Shown here in pieces: positions 22,601-31,711 of a stretch of DNA of 64,000 nt. The first letter of the stretch is position 1. Each line of letters starts with the position of its first letter. A program made the position numbers and the translations under genes. Below the pieces are notes generated by a model. It did no database searches, had not been told where the DNA came from, and saw nothing but the letters and a program-made list of their open reading frames with translations. The DNA is from a virus (Duplodnaviria; Caudoviricetes), in the IMG/VR virus record IMGVR_UViG_3300029288_007060, positions 94,008 to 158,007 of that record. The stretch is one strand, 5' to 3'.

Positions 22601-22640
22601 GTTCTAAATTAGAATCTAATGCCAGTGGATATGAAGTCAT
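19614..22640 (-). CDS. Tail fibre/spike-associated structural protein (paralogue of the neighbouring spike)
   Basis: Shares the N-terminal anchor and blocks such as ARV.S.G, HYPISAY..G..L.IAHN and LR.NGV..G.D with 14711-19594. Confidence 0.6.
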   Translation of the reverse strand: MTSYPLALDSNLELPLSENGVTELTADTINSVRDAVMAIEKAIGTSPAGNMQDLVTRINLVIDEDGHLKSSALSTLGLVTLPISNSQIATNANISESKIDLDYSTTTLKALIDDKQTNIDATNASLSTFSVRMINHYAGTSDKHDGYDIDTTETIRGVSTVEEVLHNINNALTDHETDLNIVSHTASTVSVDNVFENISSTNVQDALEELDLVYTGKIEAHQTNHHTNAIQNNIFAESGDQGDLVVTTLASTIFQTDKTVATNILQVMRPNVARVTSKGIDFRALKIGVATTLRIQAGGVDRTYLDIDISSVIPTQDIDIIVAKINTVAQSATNHYPISAYNTGGRLTIAHNIPGYNFTIAILDTVSLSAATALGFEDVITTTFYWPEEKHAAYINGNRIVGLKSLLKIQYTHADSVNPNKIDPALGDLSSLGLDITNNGRILCNITNHSSASSANGTYYIASFPSVSTFLLNTNIALGDFDLEIAADSLSFINNTKGNIYDIFLERDADGYGIISKQTRVQYDSISNVVLRTINKEFPINNIEWEVTSDDYIILYEDNVAGLPVQIPAGFSGNLKVFAPDNISSAIFETYGSPSHSREDMTVYACAESSDLLYLSSVHFCGNLGFDTLKYVTDKRKIGNSIENLSQDILNTVPLTNALDSLRNNGVLEGLDVISNTTSTIKIRGGRVLVSGNILSVPTTDVVIDDFTFANNILMVDSAGHFIVKNEFDAGYTFDDLTSGNNYGDNINVVPILQFETDGVEVDGYLVDKRLIVSKIDKQLLDIETDLNNKIEQVQNTVSGSMWGITIASADGYIAELDPGAHNGFDAVTYGVVGFMAGNNSTTRVFEFNSASLIAYPIFFAPGLTYANIFVETEYTGGLGGPFGASGTAYIEVGIAAKIGIDSVSTYDEYCIVKTLTLGVLPSDSVVEKYVVSIPLSLLDIDNDIMFKLVPRIKIVNSTLIDGGTGDDPEPVIAFNNVRVVTSSYSIAGHINQISSDTSQFALLGDVL

Positions 22641-22649
22641 ATTGTCCTC

Positions 22650-23633
22650 TTAGTTATTTAAATAAAAAGCTAAATCTACAGACAGACTATATTGTTTTAA
22701 AAGATTCGTATAGGGAGTTCCTACAGAAGCACCTACAGCAGCATTCAACTCAACATTGCCAAAAATCTTAGGAGAATACAGAATTCCTAGCTTTTGTTCA
22801 GCGCCTTTCCAATTTTTGGTATCAACAGACACATGCGTGTTGATTCCGAAATTTTTATAATTCATAAACTCTGCTCCCAACCCGGCACGTAGATTAGTAA
22901 AGTCATATCCAAACAAGCCTATTACGCGAGGCCTGAACAATCTATTGTCTGGAGAGTTTGGTTCGTTAGTATAAATGAAGGAGGCATCAATAATGTCGGT
23001 CTTACTACCAGGAATTGGTTTATATACGTCTTTGCCATTCTCTACTGTCTTATAAACCTCATTTAATTGGACACGTCTCGTCTCCAAAAATCCATTTTTT
23101 TGTTTATAAACCTCGCCCTTAATAACAAAAGTCTGTTTGCCAGAAAATATTTCATTGTCTTTAACAAAAATATTAGGGTCCTTTAATTGGAATCTATTGT
23201 ATATGTCGGCCCAACTATAAGAAATAACGCAATCTTTTGATAATATGCAACCCGAAGCATCTGTATCAGACTGTCCGCCGATTATTTGTTGTCTAAGTTC
23301 AGCAATAGTTTCGTCTTTAGATTTAATAATCAGGTCGTGCTCTTTCTTAAATTTTTCAAAATCGGCATTTATAGAATCTTTATCGGCCTGAAGTTTTTTA
23401 TTAAGTTCCTTTTGAGTAACTAGTTGTGATTGAGAGATTCCAAGAGTTGTATTTAATCCTTGAAGCTCTCTTTCTTTATCAGAAAGTTGGCCGGCAACTT
23501 GTCTTTGGTATGTGGCCAACCGCTGTTCATATTGCGACTTGGCATAACTATTTAGCCCAAACGCTCCCGCGACCCCCAATCCTATCACTAACCACAAAAA
23601 ATACTTATTTCCTAGCAAACTTGCAAACTTCAT
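22650..23633 (-). CDS. Membrane-anchored coiled-coil protein with C-terminal amphipathic beta-strands (candidate spanin-like lysis protein)
   Basis: TM segment FLWLVIGLGVAGAFGL, ~85-aa coiled coil, OMP-like alternating strands ending YSLSVDLAFYLNN. Confidence 0.4.
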   Translation of the reverse strand: MKFASLLGNKYFLWLVIGLGVAGAFGLNSYAKSQYEQRLATYQRQVAGQLSDKERELQGLNTTLGISQSQLVTQKELNKKLQADKDSINADFEKFKKEHDLIIKSKDETIAELRQQIIGGQSDTDASGCILSKDCVISYSWADIYNRFQLKDPNIFVKDNEIFSGKQTFVIKGEVYKQKNGFLETRRVQLNEVYKTVENGKDVYKPIPGSKTDIIDASFIYTNEPNSPDNRLFRPRVIGLFGYDFTNLRAGLGAEFMNYKNFGINTHVSVDTKNWKGAEQKLGILYSPKIFGNVELNAAVGASVGTPYTNLLKQYSLSVDLAFYLNN

Positions 23634-23644
23634 GTCTTTCTCCT

Positions 23645-26600
23645 TTATTTGTTTTTCTTTTCTAACTCATCAATTCTGTTTGTTAATTCTTGGACCGCCT
23701 TAACTAATACTGCCACCAAACAACTGTCACCAACCATATACATACCATTGCTTCCCACCGAAACCATGTTGGGATATATATCTTTGACTTGTTGAGCAAC
23801 ATATCCTATATTGACATGAGGCAATGATGCGTCCTTCCAATCAAATTCTTTTAATTCTATTTTGTTTATAATATCTAAACCATTTATTTTAGTAGGCTCA
23901 ATATTTTTCTTTAATCTTTCATCTGATGATCCAGCAAAGGCAGCATTGATACCCGACCATTTCATGATTGCTTTCTCGTTGCCACCACCGTCACGCAATG
24001 AGGCCCAAACAATATCTCCGTCCATTGTGGGAGACACTAAGCCCGCGTCGATTCTGAGGCCGACAGAAGCAATACTGTTGTTAAGATTTTGAATCCAGGC
24101 ACCATAAGCAGCGGCCGTTGTGGCCTTACACAGGATACCAACCCCACCAGTTCCGCCGCTTACAAAATATCCTCCGCTTCCGTTGTTGGAACCGCCACCA
24201 TAGACACCATATCCATCATCTCCACTATGTATGCCCAGAACACCATAACTACTGGCGCCGCCGAACCCATAGCCAAAAACACCATGATTAGATGACGATG
24301 TGCTAAGACCATAGACACCAGCTCCGCCACCGCTTCCCCCAGTGCCATATACACCATGTCCAGCACCAACGCCAAGGCCTTTAATACCTATACCATTTGT
24401 GGGCCCGCCTTGTGCAAATATACCAGCGGAATTAGAATTTCCGCCTTGTGCGTATAGCCCAACGCCAGACTTTTTACCTATGGCAAACAGACCTATGCCA
24501 TTATTATCTCCACCCTGTGCATAGACGCCATATCCATCTGAATTACCACCAATGCCACTAACGCCATATCCTGACCCAGACCCAAGTCCCTCTACTCCAA
24601 CCCCGTTTATGAGACCGCCAACGCCAGTTACACCAGTGCTATTACCTCCACTATAAGTAGTTCCACCAAATCCTATAACTCCGCTCACTCCACCGACGCC
24701 CTTAACACCATAAGAATAACCATCTTCATTATATCCAATTACCCCTATGCCGTAATGACCATCAGCCTTGCCAACAACACCAGCACCATCATATTTTCCA
24801 ATTCCAACCAGACCGGCGTTTGAGTGTTTGCTGTGGGCTACAGACAAAATGTTGGCTGTTCCAAAACTACTAGTTTGTGACGTCCAAGTGGTACCATCTG
24901 GAGATGTGGCCAAACTGCCACTGTTTCCTACCATAACCCATGTGTCTTCTCCATTATAAGCAATAGCGTTATTTACTGAGAAAGGGGCTGCCACTGGAGC
25001 CCAAGTTATACCATCAGTAGATGAAGATTTAATAGAATTATTGCATACAGCTATCCATAGATCTTTTCCATTATGTATTACATCAAGTCCATTCGCTCCT
25101 GATAAAGAAAAAGTAGACGAAGCCCAATTTATTCCATCAGAGGATGTGTGAAGACTGCCACCCGCGCCCACAGTAACCCATAAATCTTTGCCATTATGTG
25201 CCACCTTGGTAACACCAAATGTAGCGTCTCTAACTGTCCAGGTCATACCGTCTGAAGAAGAAGCGACTATGATTGTCCCCACAGCAATCCACAAATCTTT
25301 TCCATCATGATCTATTCCAGTTATATCATAAGCACCAAAGATACTAGAAGCACTAGTTTGACTAACCCAATCAATTCCGTTTGATGATGTGGCTAACGTT
25401 CCAGCATCACCAACGGCAACCCATAAATCTCTGTCGTTATATGCTATTCCATTAATATTATTAGCACCAAATACAGCTAAGGCGTCTGCTTGTAGGGTCC
25501 AGATAATGCCATCAGTAGAAGTAGCTAGTTTTCCAGCATCACCAACAGCAATCCACAAATCTTTGTTATTATAGGCCACTTCGTTTATATTGCTAGAGTC
25601 GAAGGTAGAATAAGCATCTGCCTGCTGAACCCAGTTTATACCATTATACGATGTGGCTAGCATTCCATACTCTCCAGCTGCCACAAATAATCCATTTCCT
25701 CCGACTCCATACGTACCAGGAGAAAATCCTCTTCCAACTGACATAACACCCATGCCATTGATGTTTCCGCCAATGCCTATCACACCAGTGCCAGAGCCAT
25801 TTCCAGATGAAGTGCCAAGACCTATAACTCCGCCTATTCCTCCGATTCCCTTAACGCCATAAGAATAACCGTCTTCATTATATCCTATAACGCCAATGCC
25901 AGAGCTCCCTTCAGCTTTACCAATAACGCCTGCTCCGTCATATTTGCCAATCCCAACTAGACCTGCGTGTGATTGTTTTGTATGAACCACAGCATACAAC
26001 GTTTTTGAAGAAAAACCACTAGTCCTTTGCGTCCAATCAGTACCATTTGGGGATGTGGCTAATTTATCAGAAGCGCCTACCGCTATCCACAAATCTCTCC
26101 CATTATAATTAACATAGGAGATTTGAGTTGCCCCAAAACTGCTAGTGCGCTGTGTCCAATTTATTCCGTCTGTCGATGTCGCCAATTTGCCGGACCCGCC
26201 AACAGCAATCCATAAATCTCTTCCATTATGTGAGACACCCAAAATACCAGTTGTTCCAAAACTGCTAGTTTGCGGAGTCCAATTTATACCATCCGGAGAT
26301 ATTGTTAATTTTCCTGCGTCACCCACAGCAACAAATAAGTCTTTACCATCATAACCAACAGCCATGAGCCAATCTGTACCAGTAAGCCCACTGTCTTGTT
26401 GGGTCCAATTTATTCCATCTGGTGACGTTGCTATTTTGACATCTTGCGCCACCGCTACCCATAAATCTTTACCATTATGCACAACGCCAGCGACAAAGCT
26501 ACTGCCAAAGCCACTAGTACGCTGTGTCCAATTTATTCCGTCTGGCGATGTCGCCAATTTGCCCGCTGCACCAACAGCAACCCACAAATCTTTTCCATTA

Positions 26601-28432
26601 TATGCTATACTGGATATATCACTGGTGCCAAAGCCACTAGTGCGTTGCTGCCAGTCAATACCGTTAGTGGATGTTGCTAATGTGCCAGCATCTCCGCCGG
26701 CAACCCATAATCCCTTTCCGTCATAGGCAACGCAATAAATGGAAGTCGATCCAAAGCTACTAGTTCTTTGAGTCCAAGATAGTCCGTCATAAGATGTGGC
26801 GAGACCGCCACCAGAAGATACCGCAACAAAGATGCCATTGCCACCAGTGCTAAAAACACCAGACGAGGGTCCTCTCCCTATAGAGAAAACGCCAGTTCCA
26901 CTATTTCCTCCGCCAATAGACAATATTCCATATCCGTCATATCCGTCGGTATCGCCGCCGCAGGCAATAACTCCGTATCCGGTTCCGGTTCCTACTGCGC
27001 GAATACCGCATGCGCCGAGGCCACCCACGGATACAATTCCGTGTTTACTGGGACCACCGGTTGCTTCAATTGCGTACCCGCCAGTTGTATTGCTTCCGCC
27101 CCTAACAACAATTCCTGTTCCACCAGTATATGCTCCAGTGGCGTCAATTGCTGTTCCATTAACTCCAGAAGCATATACATATAATGCCGGCGATGGCCCA
27201 GAGGAACCACCTCCTATAACCTTTACTCCATATCCGGTAGTAGAGGCTCTTGCCTCGATAGCCGTATTGGTATTGGTGGGCTGGGATAATATATTGGTTG
27301 CATACAAAGCAGACGCAGTATTGACAGAATTTCCTATAATACTAACCGATGTACTATCAGGACCAACCATTGTGTCAAAGTTATTTCCTTCAAAAATTCC
27401 ATTTGTAATAGGCCCATAATTTATAGTAGAATAGGGCATAGAGTTTTCGCATATATGAACATTGTTTATCGACACCGCACCAGCGTTTAGAATGACACTT
27501 AAGTCATATGACGAGGATGTGGTATTTTTTCCTATATAAACATTATCCAAGGAAGATATTTCGTTGCCAACAAAACTGATGGCCTTACCATCCGCGCCGG
27601 CAGTAAACGTATTTCCATCGATAGATATGTTTCTATAAGAGGCCGTGTAACCAGAGTTAGGTTTCGTGGAAGTTGTACCAATAAAAACAGGCTCTCCTGT
27701 CGGAGAACCAAGCCCAAAAGAGCTATCTGACTCAAACACGTTGTCGCGTATTTTTATATTATCGAATGTTACAGCCGTATCGTCAGGATAAATACTAACA
27801 CCATAAGCATCCGCGTGCGTAAAAAAGGTACAGTCTTGTATGTTTATATTTTTTATTAATTGACCCGACGTAGTTGTTGATATTTCGATAGCAGAAGATG
27901 GCACAGCAGTTGTTGAAACAACATCAAAGCTAATATTTTCTATAGATATATTGCTTCCTGCCAACCTGAAAATAGCCTCTTGCTCCGCGCTTTCTATAAA
28001 CACATTTCCTAATCCAGCAATTCTTACGCCACTGGGTACTGTTACCAAACCGTCTGTATAGTTATAATATCCGTCTTTAACTAATATTGTTCCGCCATAA
28101 GCATCAATTACAGACTGAAGAGTGGCCGCAGTCGTACCGCTGGCTGTTCCAAAACTTTGAATTCCATCGCCAACCGTAATTAAAAATTGTTGTTGTATTT
28201 CAAATATATCAGCATTAACATCTGCTTGGAAACTTTCTACCGCAGTAATTCTATCTTTAACTGTTCCGAATATACCTGATGGGTTAGTTCCCAATTCAGT
28301 CTCGACAGCCACGACAGCATTTCTAATGCGGTTCACGTCCTCGCTTCTTATTTCGTCAATCAAATTTCGACGTAAAGGTAAGCTGGAATAGCCATCTATG
28401 CCAGCAGGATATAGGGAATTTTCATTTACCAT
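23645..28432 (-). CDS. Tail fibre: anchor, beta-helix, Gly-rich shaft, two 7-repeat Asp-box/BNR propellers, C-terminal S74-type intramolecular chaperone
   Basis: Start moved to ATG 28432 (GGAGA RBS); 14 repeats of the A-T-S-x-D-G-x-x-W type; SSDERLKKNI...IGYVAQQV chaperone signature. Confidence 0.85.
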   Translation of the reverse strand: MVNENSLYPAGIDGYSSLPLRRNLIDEIRSEDVNRIRNAVVAVETELGTNPSGIFGTVKDRITAVESFQADVNADIFEIQQQFLITVGDGIQSFGTASGTTAATLQSVIDAYGGTILVKDGYYNYTDGLVTVPSGVRIAGLGNVFIESAEQEAIFRLAGSNISIENISFDVVSTTAVPSSAIEISTTTSGQLIKNINIQDCTFFTHADAYGVSIYPDDTAVTFDNIKIRDNVFESDSSFGLGSPTGEPVFIGTTSTKPNSGYTASYRNISIDGNTFTAGADGKAISFVGNEISSLDNVYIGKNTTSSSYDLSVILNAGAVSINNVHICENSMPYSTINYGPITNGIFEGNNFDTMVGPDSTSVSIIGNSVNTASALYATNILSQPTNTNTAIEARASTTGYGVKVIGGGSSGPSPALYVYASGVNGTAIDATGAYTGGTGIVVRGGSNTTGGYAIEATGGPSKHGIVSVGGLGACGIRAVGTGTGYGVIACGGDTDGYDGYGILSIGGGNSGTGVFSIGRGPSSGVFSTGGNGIFVAVSSGGGLATSYDGLSWTQRTSSFGSTSIYCVAYDGKGLWVAGGDAGTLATSTNGIDWQQRTSGFGTSDISSIAYNGKDLWVAVGAAGKLATSPDGINWTQRTSGFGSSFVAGVVHNGKDLWVAVAQDVKIATSPDGINWTQQDSGLTGTDWLMAVGYDGKDLFVAVGDAGKLTISPDGINWTPQTSSFGTTGILGVSHNGRDLWIAVGGSGKLATSTDGINWTQRTSSFGATQISYVNYNGRDLWIAVGASDKLATSPNGTDWTQRTSGFSSKTLYAVVHTKQSHAGLVGIGKYDGAGVIGKAEGSSGIGVIGYNEDGYSYGVKGIGGIGGVIGLGTSSGNGSGTGVIGIGGNINGMGVMSVGRGFSPGTYGVGGNGLFVAAGEYGMLATSYNGINWVQQADAYSTFDSSNINEVAYNNKDLWIAVGDAGKLATSTDGIIWTLQADALAVFGANNINGIAYNDRDLWVAVGDAGTLATSSNGIDWVSQTSASSIFGAYDITGIDHDGKDLWIAVGTIIVASSSDGMTWTVRDATFGVTKVAHNGKDLWVTVGAGGSLHTSSDGINWASSTFSLSGANGLDVIHNGKDLWIAVCNNSIKSSSTDGITWAPVAAPFSVNNAIAYNGEDTWVMVGNSGSLATSPDGTTWTSQTSSFGTANILSVAHSKHSNAGLVGIGKYDGAGVVGKADGHYGIGVIGYNEDGYSYGVKGVGGVSGVIGFGGTTYSGGNSTGVTGVGGLINGVGVEGLGSGSGYGVSGIGGNSDGYGVYAQGGDNNGIGLFAIGKKSGVGLYAQGGNSNSAGIFAQGGPTNGIGIKGLGVGAGHGVYGTGGSGGGAGVYGLSTSSSNHGVFGYGFGGASSYGVLGIHSGDDGYGVYGGGSNNGSGGYFVSGGTGGVGILCKATTAAAYGAWIQNLNNSIASVGLRIDAGLVSPTMDGDIVWASLRDGGGNEKAIMKWSGINAAFAGSSDERLKKNIEPTKINGLDIINKIELKEFDWKDASLPHVNIGYVAQQVKDIYPNMVSVGSNGMYMVGDSCLVAVLVKAVQELTNRIDELEKKNK

Positions 28433-29244
28433 TTGAGTCTCCAAAAATCATTTTATCGTATTTTCTTTTCAAATATATGTTTGGTGTGGCATTCTTGTAT
28501 ATAAAGGCAGAAATTTTATTAATATTTCTTTTCCCACCATAAGCAATAGAAAAAATATTATCATTTTTATGAGAATAAACACTATTTTGATTTAATTCGC
28601 ATTGTGATATTAATATATCTCTATACACATATAGAAACTTTTCTGTGCCAACTATAGTGAAATATGGACAATTGTATGCTGTATTATAAGAAATACACCC
28701 ATCTCCATCAAAATATCCGCGCATAAAATGATTAACTAGCGAGTGATTTATTACAAATTCAGGAAAAGTATAAACTAAAGATTTTTTTGGTACAATATTA
28801 AATCTCGTCAAATCATTGAATATTTTGTTGCTGTGAATTTGAATATATACTGCTTTTCCTCCACACCCAAGATTGTCGTTTTTTTCAGAAATGGGCCCGT
28901 CATATTTCATATCTTGCTTAAATTTTTCCAAATGTTCTTTGTCTTTATAAGAAAGACCTATGCTCAATCTATCCATCCTTTCCTTTTGATGTCTTATGTT
29001 TCCATCAGCCGCGATAAATCCGGCCCAATAAAAAGATTCAGCGGTATCAGCAGAGAAAAAAAGATTCGTTGAAAATATATCTACATCTTCTTAAGTTATT
29101 AAATCCGTTTTCAATCTCCAATCTTTTTAAATGACGCCATATAGACGACGAACTAACATTAAAGGTTTTTGCTACGGCGAACACCGAGCCAACTTTCAAA
29201 TATTCAGCATACCACTTTTTAACATCTTCATCAGTATATATCAT
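28422..29244 (-). pseudogene. LAGLIDADG homing endonuclease broken by one extra T
   Basis: Removing one T from the T7 run (29056-29062) joins the 65-aa and 184-aa ORFs through ESFYWAGFIAADG; second motif FMRGYFDGDG; paralogue of 38448-39563. Confidence 0.85.
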
Positions 29245-29284
29245 ATAGTCCCCGACACGTAAAGAGCATCCAACTAATTGTTAA

Positions 29285-29299
29285 AATATTGATAGATTT
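29285..29299 (-). promoter_or_regulatory. Putative late promoter
   Basis: AAATCTATCAATATT, 40 nt upstream of the endonuclease start. Confidence 0.7.
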
Positions 29300-29343
29300 T
29301 TTTGATTTGATTGTTAAAGAAAAATATTAATCTTATCATACAC

Positions 29344-31053
29344 TTATATTGTAACGAAGTAAGGCGAGTAATTTGTTGGATAGCTGTAGATGGGATCTGT
29401 TTTGTCTAATCTTCTCATTTTTATATCTTGTCTTCCGGTTTTATTAAATAATAATTTATTTCTTGTTACCTCGAGTACCGCATATCTGAATTCCTCTAAA
29501 CCATCCTCAGTATATCGTATAATGATGTCTCTACTTTTAATGTTCGGCACCGTCAGTGTCCACATCACTATCTCATCGGGTTGGCGAAGGCCTTGGTCTT
29601 GAACTAGGTCCAAATCGTCAACATACGGAGAAGTTCTCATCATAAACATTCCTTGCGTATTAACAAACGTTTCGCTTATTGGGCGGCTGTTAAATAACCT
29701 ATCAAATCCTCCCTCAAACCCTGTGGCAAAACAATAAGGACACCTAACTCTCTGATGTTCTCTTCTCAAACTAATACATCTGCAACGTTTTCCTGTCCAT
29801 CTTCGGCGCAACACCACCACATATTCACCAGTAACTTGCAACATCGAATCCAATTGGGACAATATTCTGTCTTGAAAATTAAATCCTCTGGACCCATTAT
29901 AATCTCCACCTAAATAACTCCCTACGCATTCTCCACTAAAGGAATCCTGCAAGCTGGGCCTATGATAGCCGCAATAATCATAACTAGCAAAATCTTCCGC
30001 CGCGGTCTCGGAACCAATTAAATCTGTAGTAAGCACGTCTTCTAAAGCGGCCCGATATCCATCTTCGTCTACATTAGCTTGCCCTATAGCATCTGTATTT
30101 CTTGGTGTACCTATTGTATAGAACCAATCAGCTGTAGCTTGTACTATATTACTATTTCCGTCTTCAAACCCGTGCCACAAACTAACTGAGGCGCCTATAT
30201 CGTGAGTGCTGGCAAATGTTCCTGATTGGGCTCGGTCAAGCTCTGCAACATAGAAAGTAGTAGCGTCTTTGCTGGAATATTTCATCAACTCGTAATCTAC
30301 TAGTATCACTCCAGTATCTGGATATCCTTCCGTGCTTTCTACTTGAACGGAGGCTCCATATGCGTCTATACTATCAGTTAATGTTTGGTCAGTCGGATAT
30401 GCGTATACATTTTCTCCAACTTGCTCTAATGCTGAGATTGTAATATCAGAAGTGTCCGCTTCTGCAGCTCTAACGGCCAAATAATATGCTTTTCCGGGAT
30501 CAACGCTTATTACAGCTTCTGTTTCTGTAGTAAGATTTTTAGGCCCAACAGAAAAAACCCCAAAACGAGTCGTGGAATAATATATATTGTAATATAATTG
30601 CTTGGTCGTACTTGTTGCTAAGGCTTCTCTCCACGCCAAGTGTAACCCCATGCCGTTTCCAACATCATCCACCAACATTAACCCAACGCTTTGTGCCCAT
30701 GTGGGATACGGACGACAAACAGGTATTTCTACCGTTTCAGGCTCTACTACTATTTCTCCTTCTTCTTGAACGCCAAAACTGAAACGTCTGGTATTGGTAG
30801 ACATTCCGTCAATTGCTATCCACGACCATTCATCGTAGAGAGTTGTGGGCAACATAGAAGAAGGAATATTATAAGTCACCCTATAAAATCCTTGAGAGAT
30901 TTGCGATGGCGTGAGAGTGGCTAATAATGTTCCGCCAGCAGATGCGGTATAAATTTTAACCTGACCAACGAAAAATGGGTTAAAAAGCACACCATTGTCA
31001 TAAAATCGTGACCCGAGATTGATTGAAGTTCCTATTATTCCAGTACGGCTCAT
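29344..31053 (-). CDS. Head-closure/neck protein with N-terminal Ig/Fn3-like domains and a Cys cluster
   Basis: C-terminal TGEYVVVLRRRWTGKRCRC...CPYCFATGFEGGF...IKSRDIIIR...FRYAVLEV resembles myophage neck proteins. Confidence 0.6.
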   Translation of the reverse strand: MSRTGIIGTSINLGSRFYDNGVLFNPFFVGQVKIYTASAGGTLLATLTPSQISQGFYRVTYNIPSSMLPTTLYDEWSWIAIDGMSTNTRRFSFGVQEEGEIVVEPETVEIPVCRPYPTWAQSVGLMLVDDVGNGMGLHLAWREALATSTTKQLYYNIYYSTTRFGVFSVGPKNLTTETEAVISVDPGKAYYLAVRAAEADTSDITISALEQVGENVYAYPTDQTLTDSIDAYGASVQVESTEGYPDTGVILVDYELMKYSSKDATTFYVAELDRAQSGTFASTHDIGASVSLWHGFEDGNSNIVQATADWFYTIGTPRNTDAIGQANVDEDGYRAALEDVLTTDLIGSETAAEDFASYDYCGYHRPSLQDSFSGECVGSYLGGDYNGSRGFNFQDRILSQLDSMLQVTGEYVVVLRRRWTGKRCRCISLRREHQRVRCPYCFATGFEGGFDRLFNSRPISETFVNTQGMFMMRTSPYVDDLDLVQDQGLRQPDEIVMWTLTVPNIKSRDIIIRYTEDGLEEFRYAVLEVTRNKLLFNKTGRQDIKMRRLDKTDPIYSYPTNYSPYFVTI

Positions 31054-31067
31054 GTTATTTTCCTATA

Positions 31068-31448
31068 TTAAGCTTCCGGTATTATATCGTACACATCTAC
31101 CACTAAGTCTCTGCTTGCATGTATTTCATAACTATCGCCTTCTATTATAGGAGGATTGCTGATAGAAGCATGGGTAATATATTTGTTAGCGGACGAATTT
31201 GCTATAGCAGACAAAGTATACAAATATCTTCCTGGTTGATTGGTTGAATCTACTTCTGAAAACGAAAGAGCGGTTAAAGTGGAGGACCACGCCGACCCCG
31301 TCCAATATTTGCTATCAGAAAATCTTTGTATTGTAAGAGTAATAAATCCGGCCTGACCAATTAAGCCCTTAGATGTATTCGGATCGGCCACAAATAAATC
31401 TATCGGAATAGATTCAGATATGTTCCATATTAGAGGCGAATCGGACAT
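31068..31448 (-). CDS. Small Ig-like virion protein
   Basis: Beta-rich with QPGRYLYTL, similar to the N-terminal domains of the two neck proteins; AAGGAG RBS. Confidence 0.45.
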   Translation of the reverse strand: MSDSPLIWNISESIPIDLFVADPNTSKGLIGQAGFITLTIQRFSDSKYWTGSAWSSTLTALSFSEVDSTNQPGRYLYTLSAIANSSANKYITHASISNPPIIEGDSYEIHASRDLVVDVYDIIPEA

Positions 31449-31502
31449 TTTTTCTCCTTAAATCATTTTAAAATAAAGTTTGTCGGTGGGCACGTACAAT
31501 CG

Positions 31503-31711
31503 ATAGTAAAATAATGCTAATATATCAACAGCATCTTGATGATTTATACTATTACCAATAGTTCTAATGCGTTTTGTATCGTCGCTAGGACACTACCATC
31601 CGTATAACTCTGATGGTAGTGTCTGATTTTTATTCACTTATTTGAGATCCCCCACCAAATTTACATAATAACTACCGTCATAGTAAAATAATGATAATAT
31701 ATCAACAGCAT
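31503..31711. repeat. 32-bp direct repeat (31503-31534 and 31680-31711, 1 mismatch) flanking a 12-bp hairpin (31589-31623)
   Basis: atagtaaaataatg[c/a]taatatatcaacagcat; gacactaccatc-N11-gatggtagtgtc. Confidence 0.85.

Noticed and set aside
31449-31711. Diversity-generating retroelement (repeat at fibre 3' end plus hairpin)
   Set aside because: The repeat is only 32 bp, its single mismatch is T/G on the coding strand rather than adenine-specific, and no reverse transcriptase is in the window.
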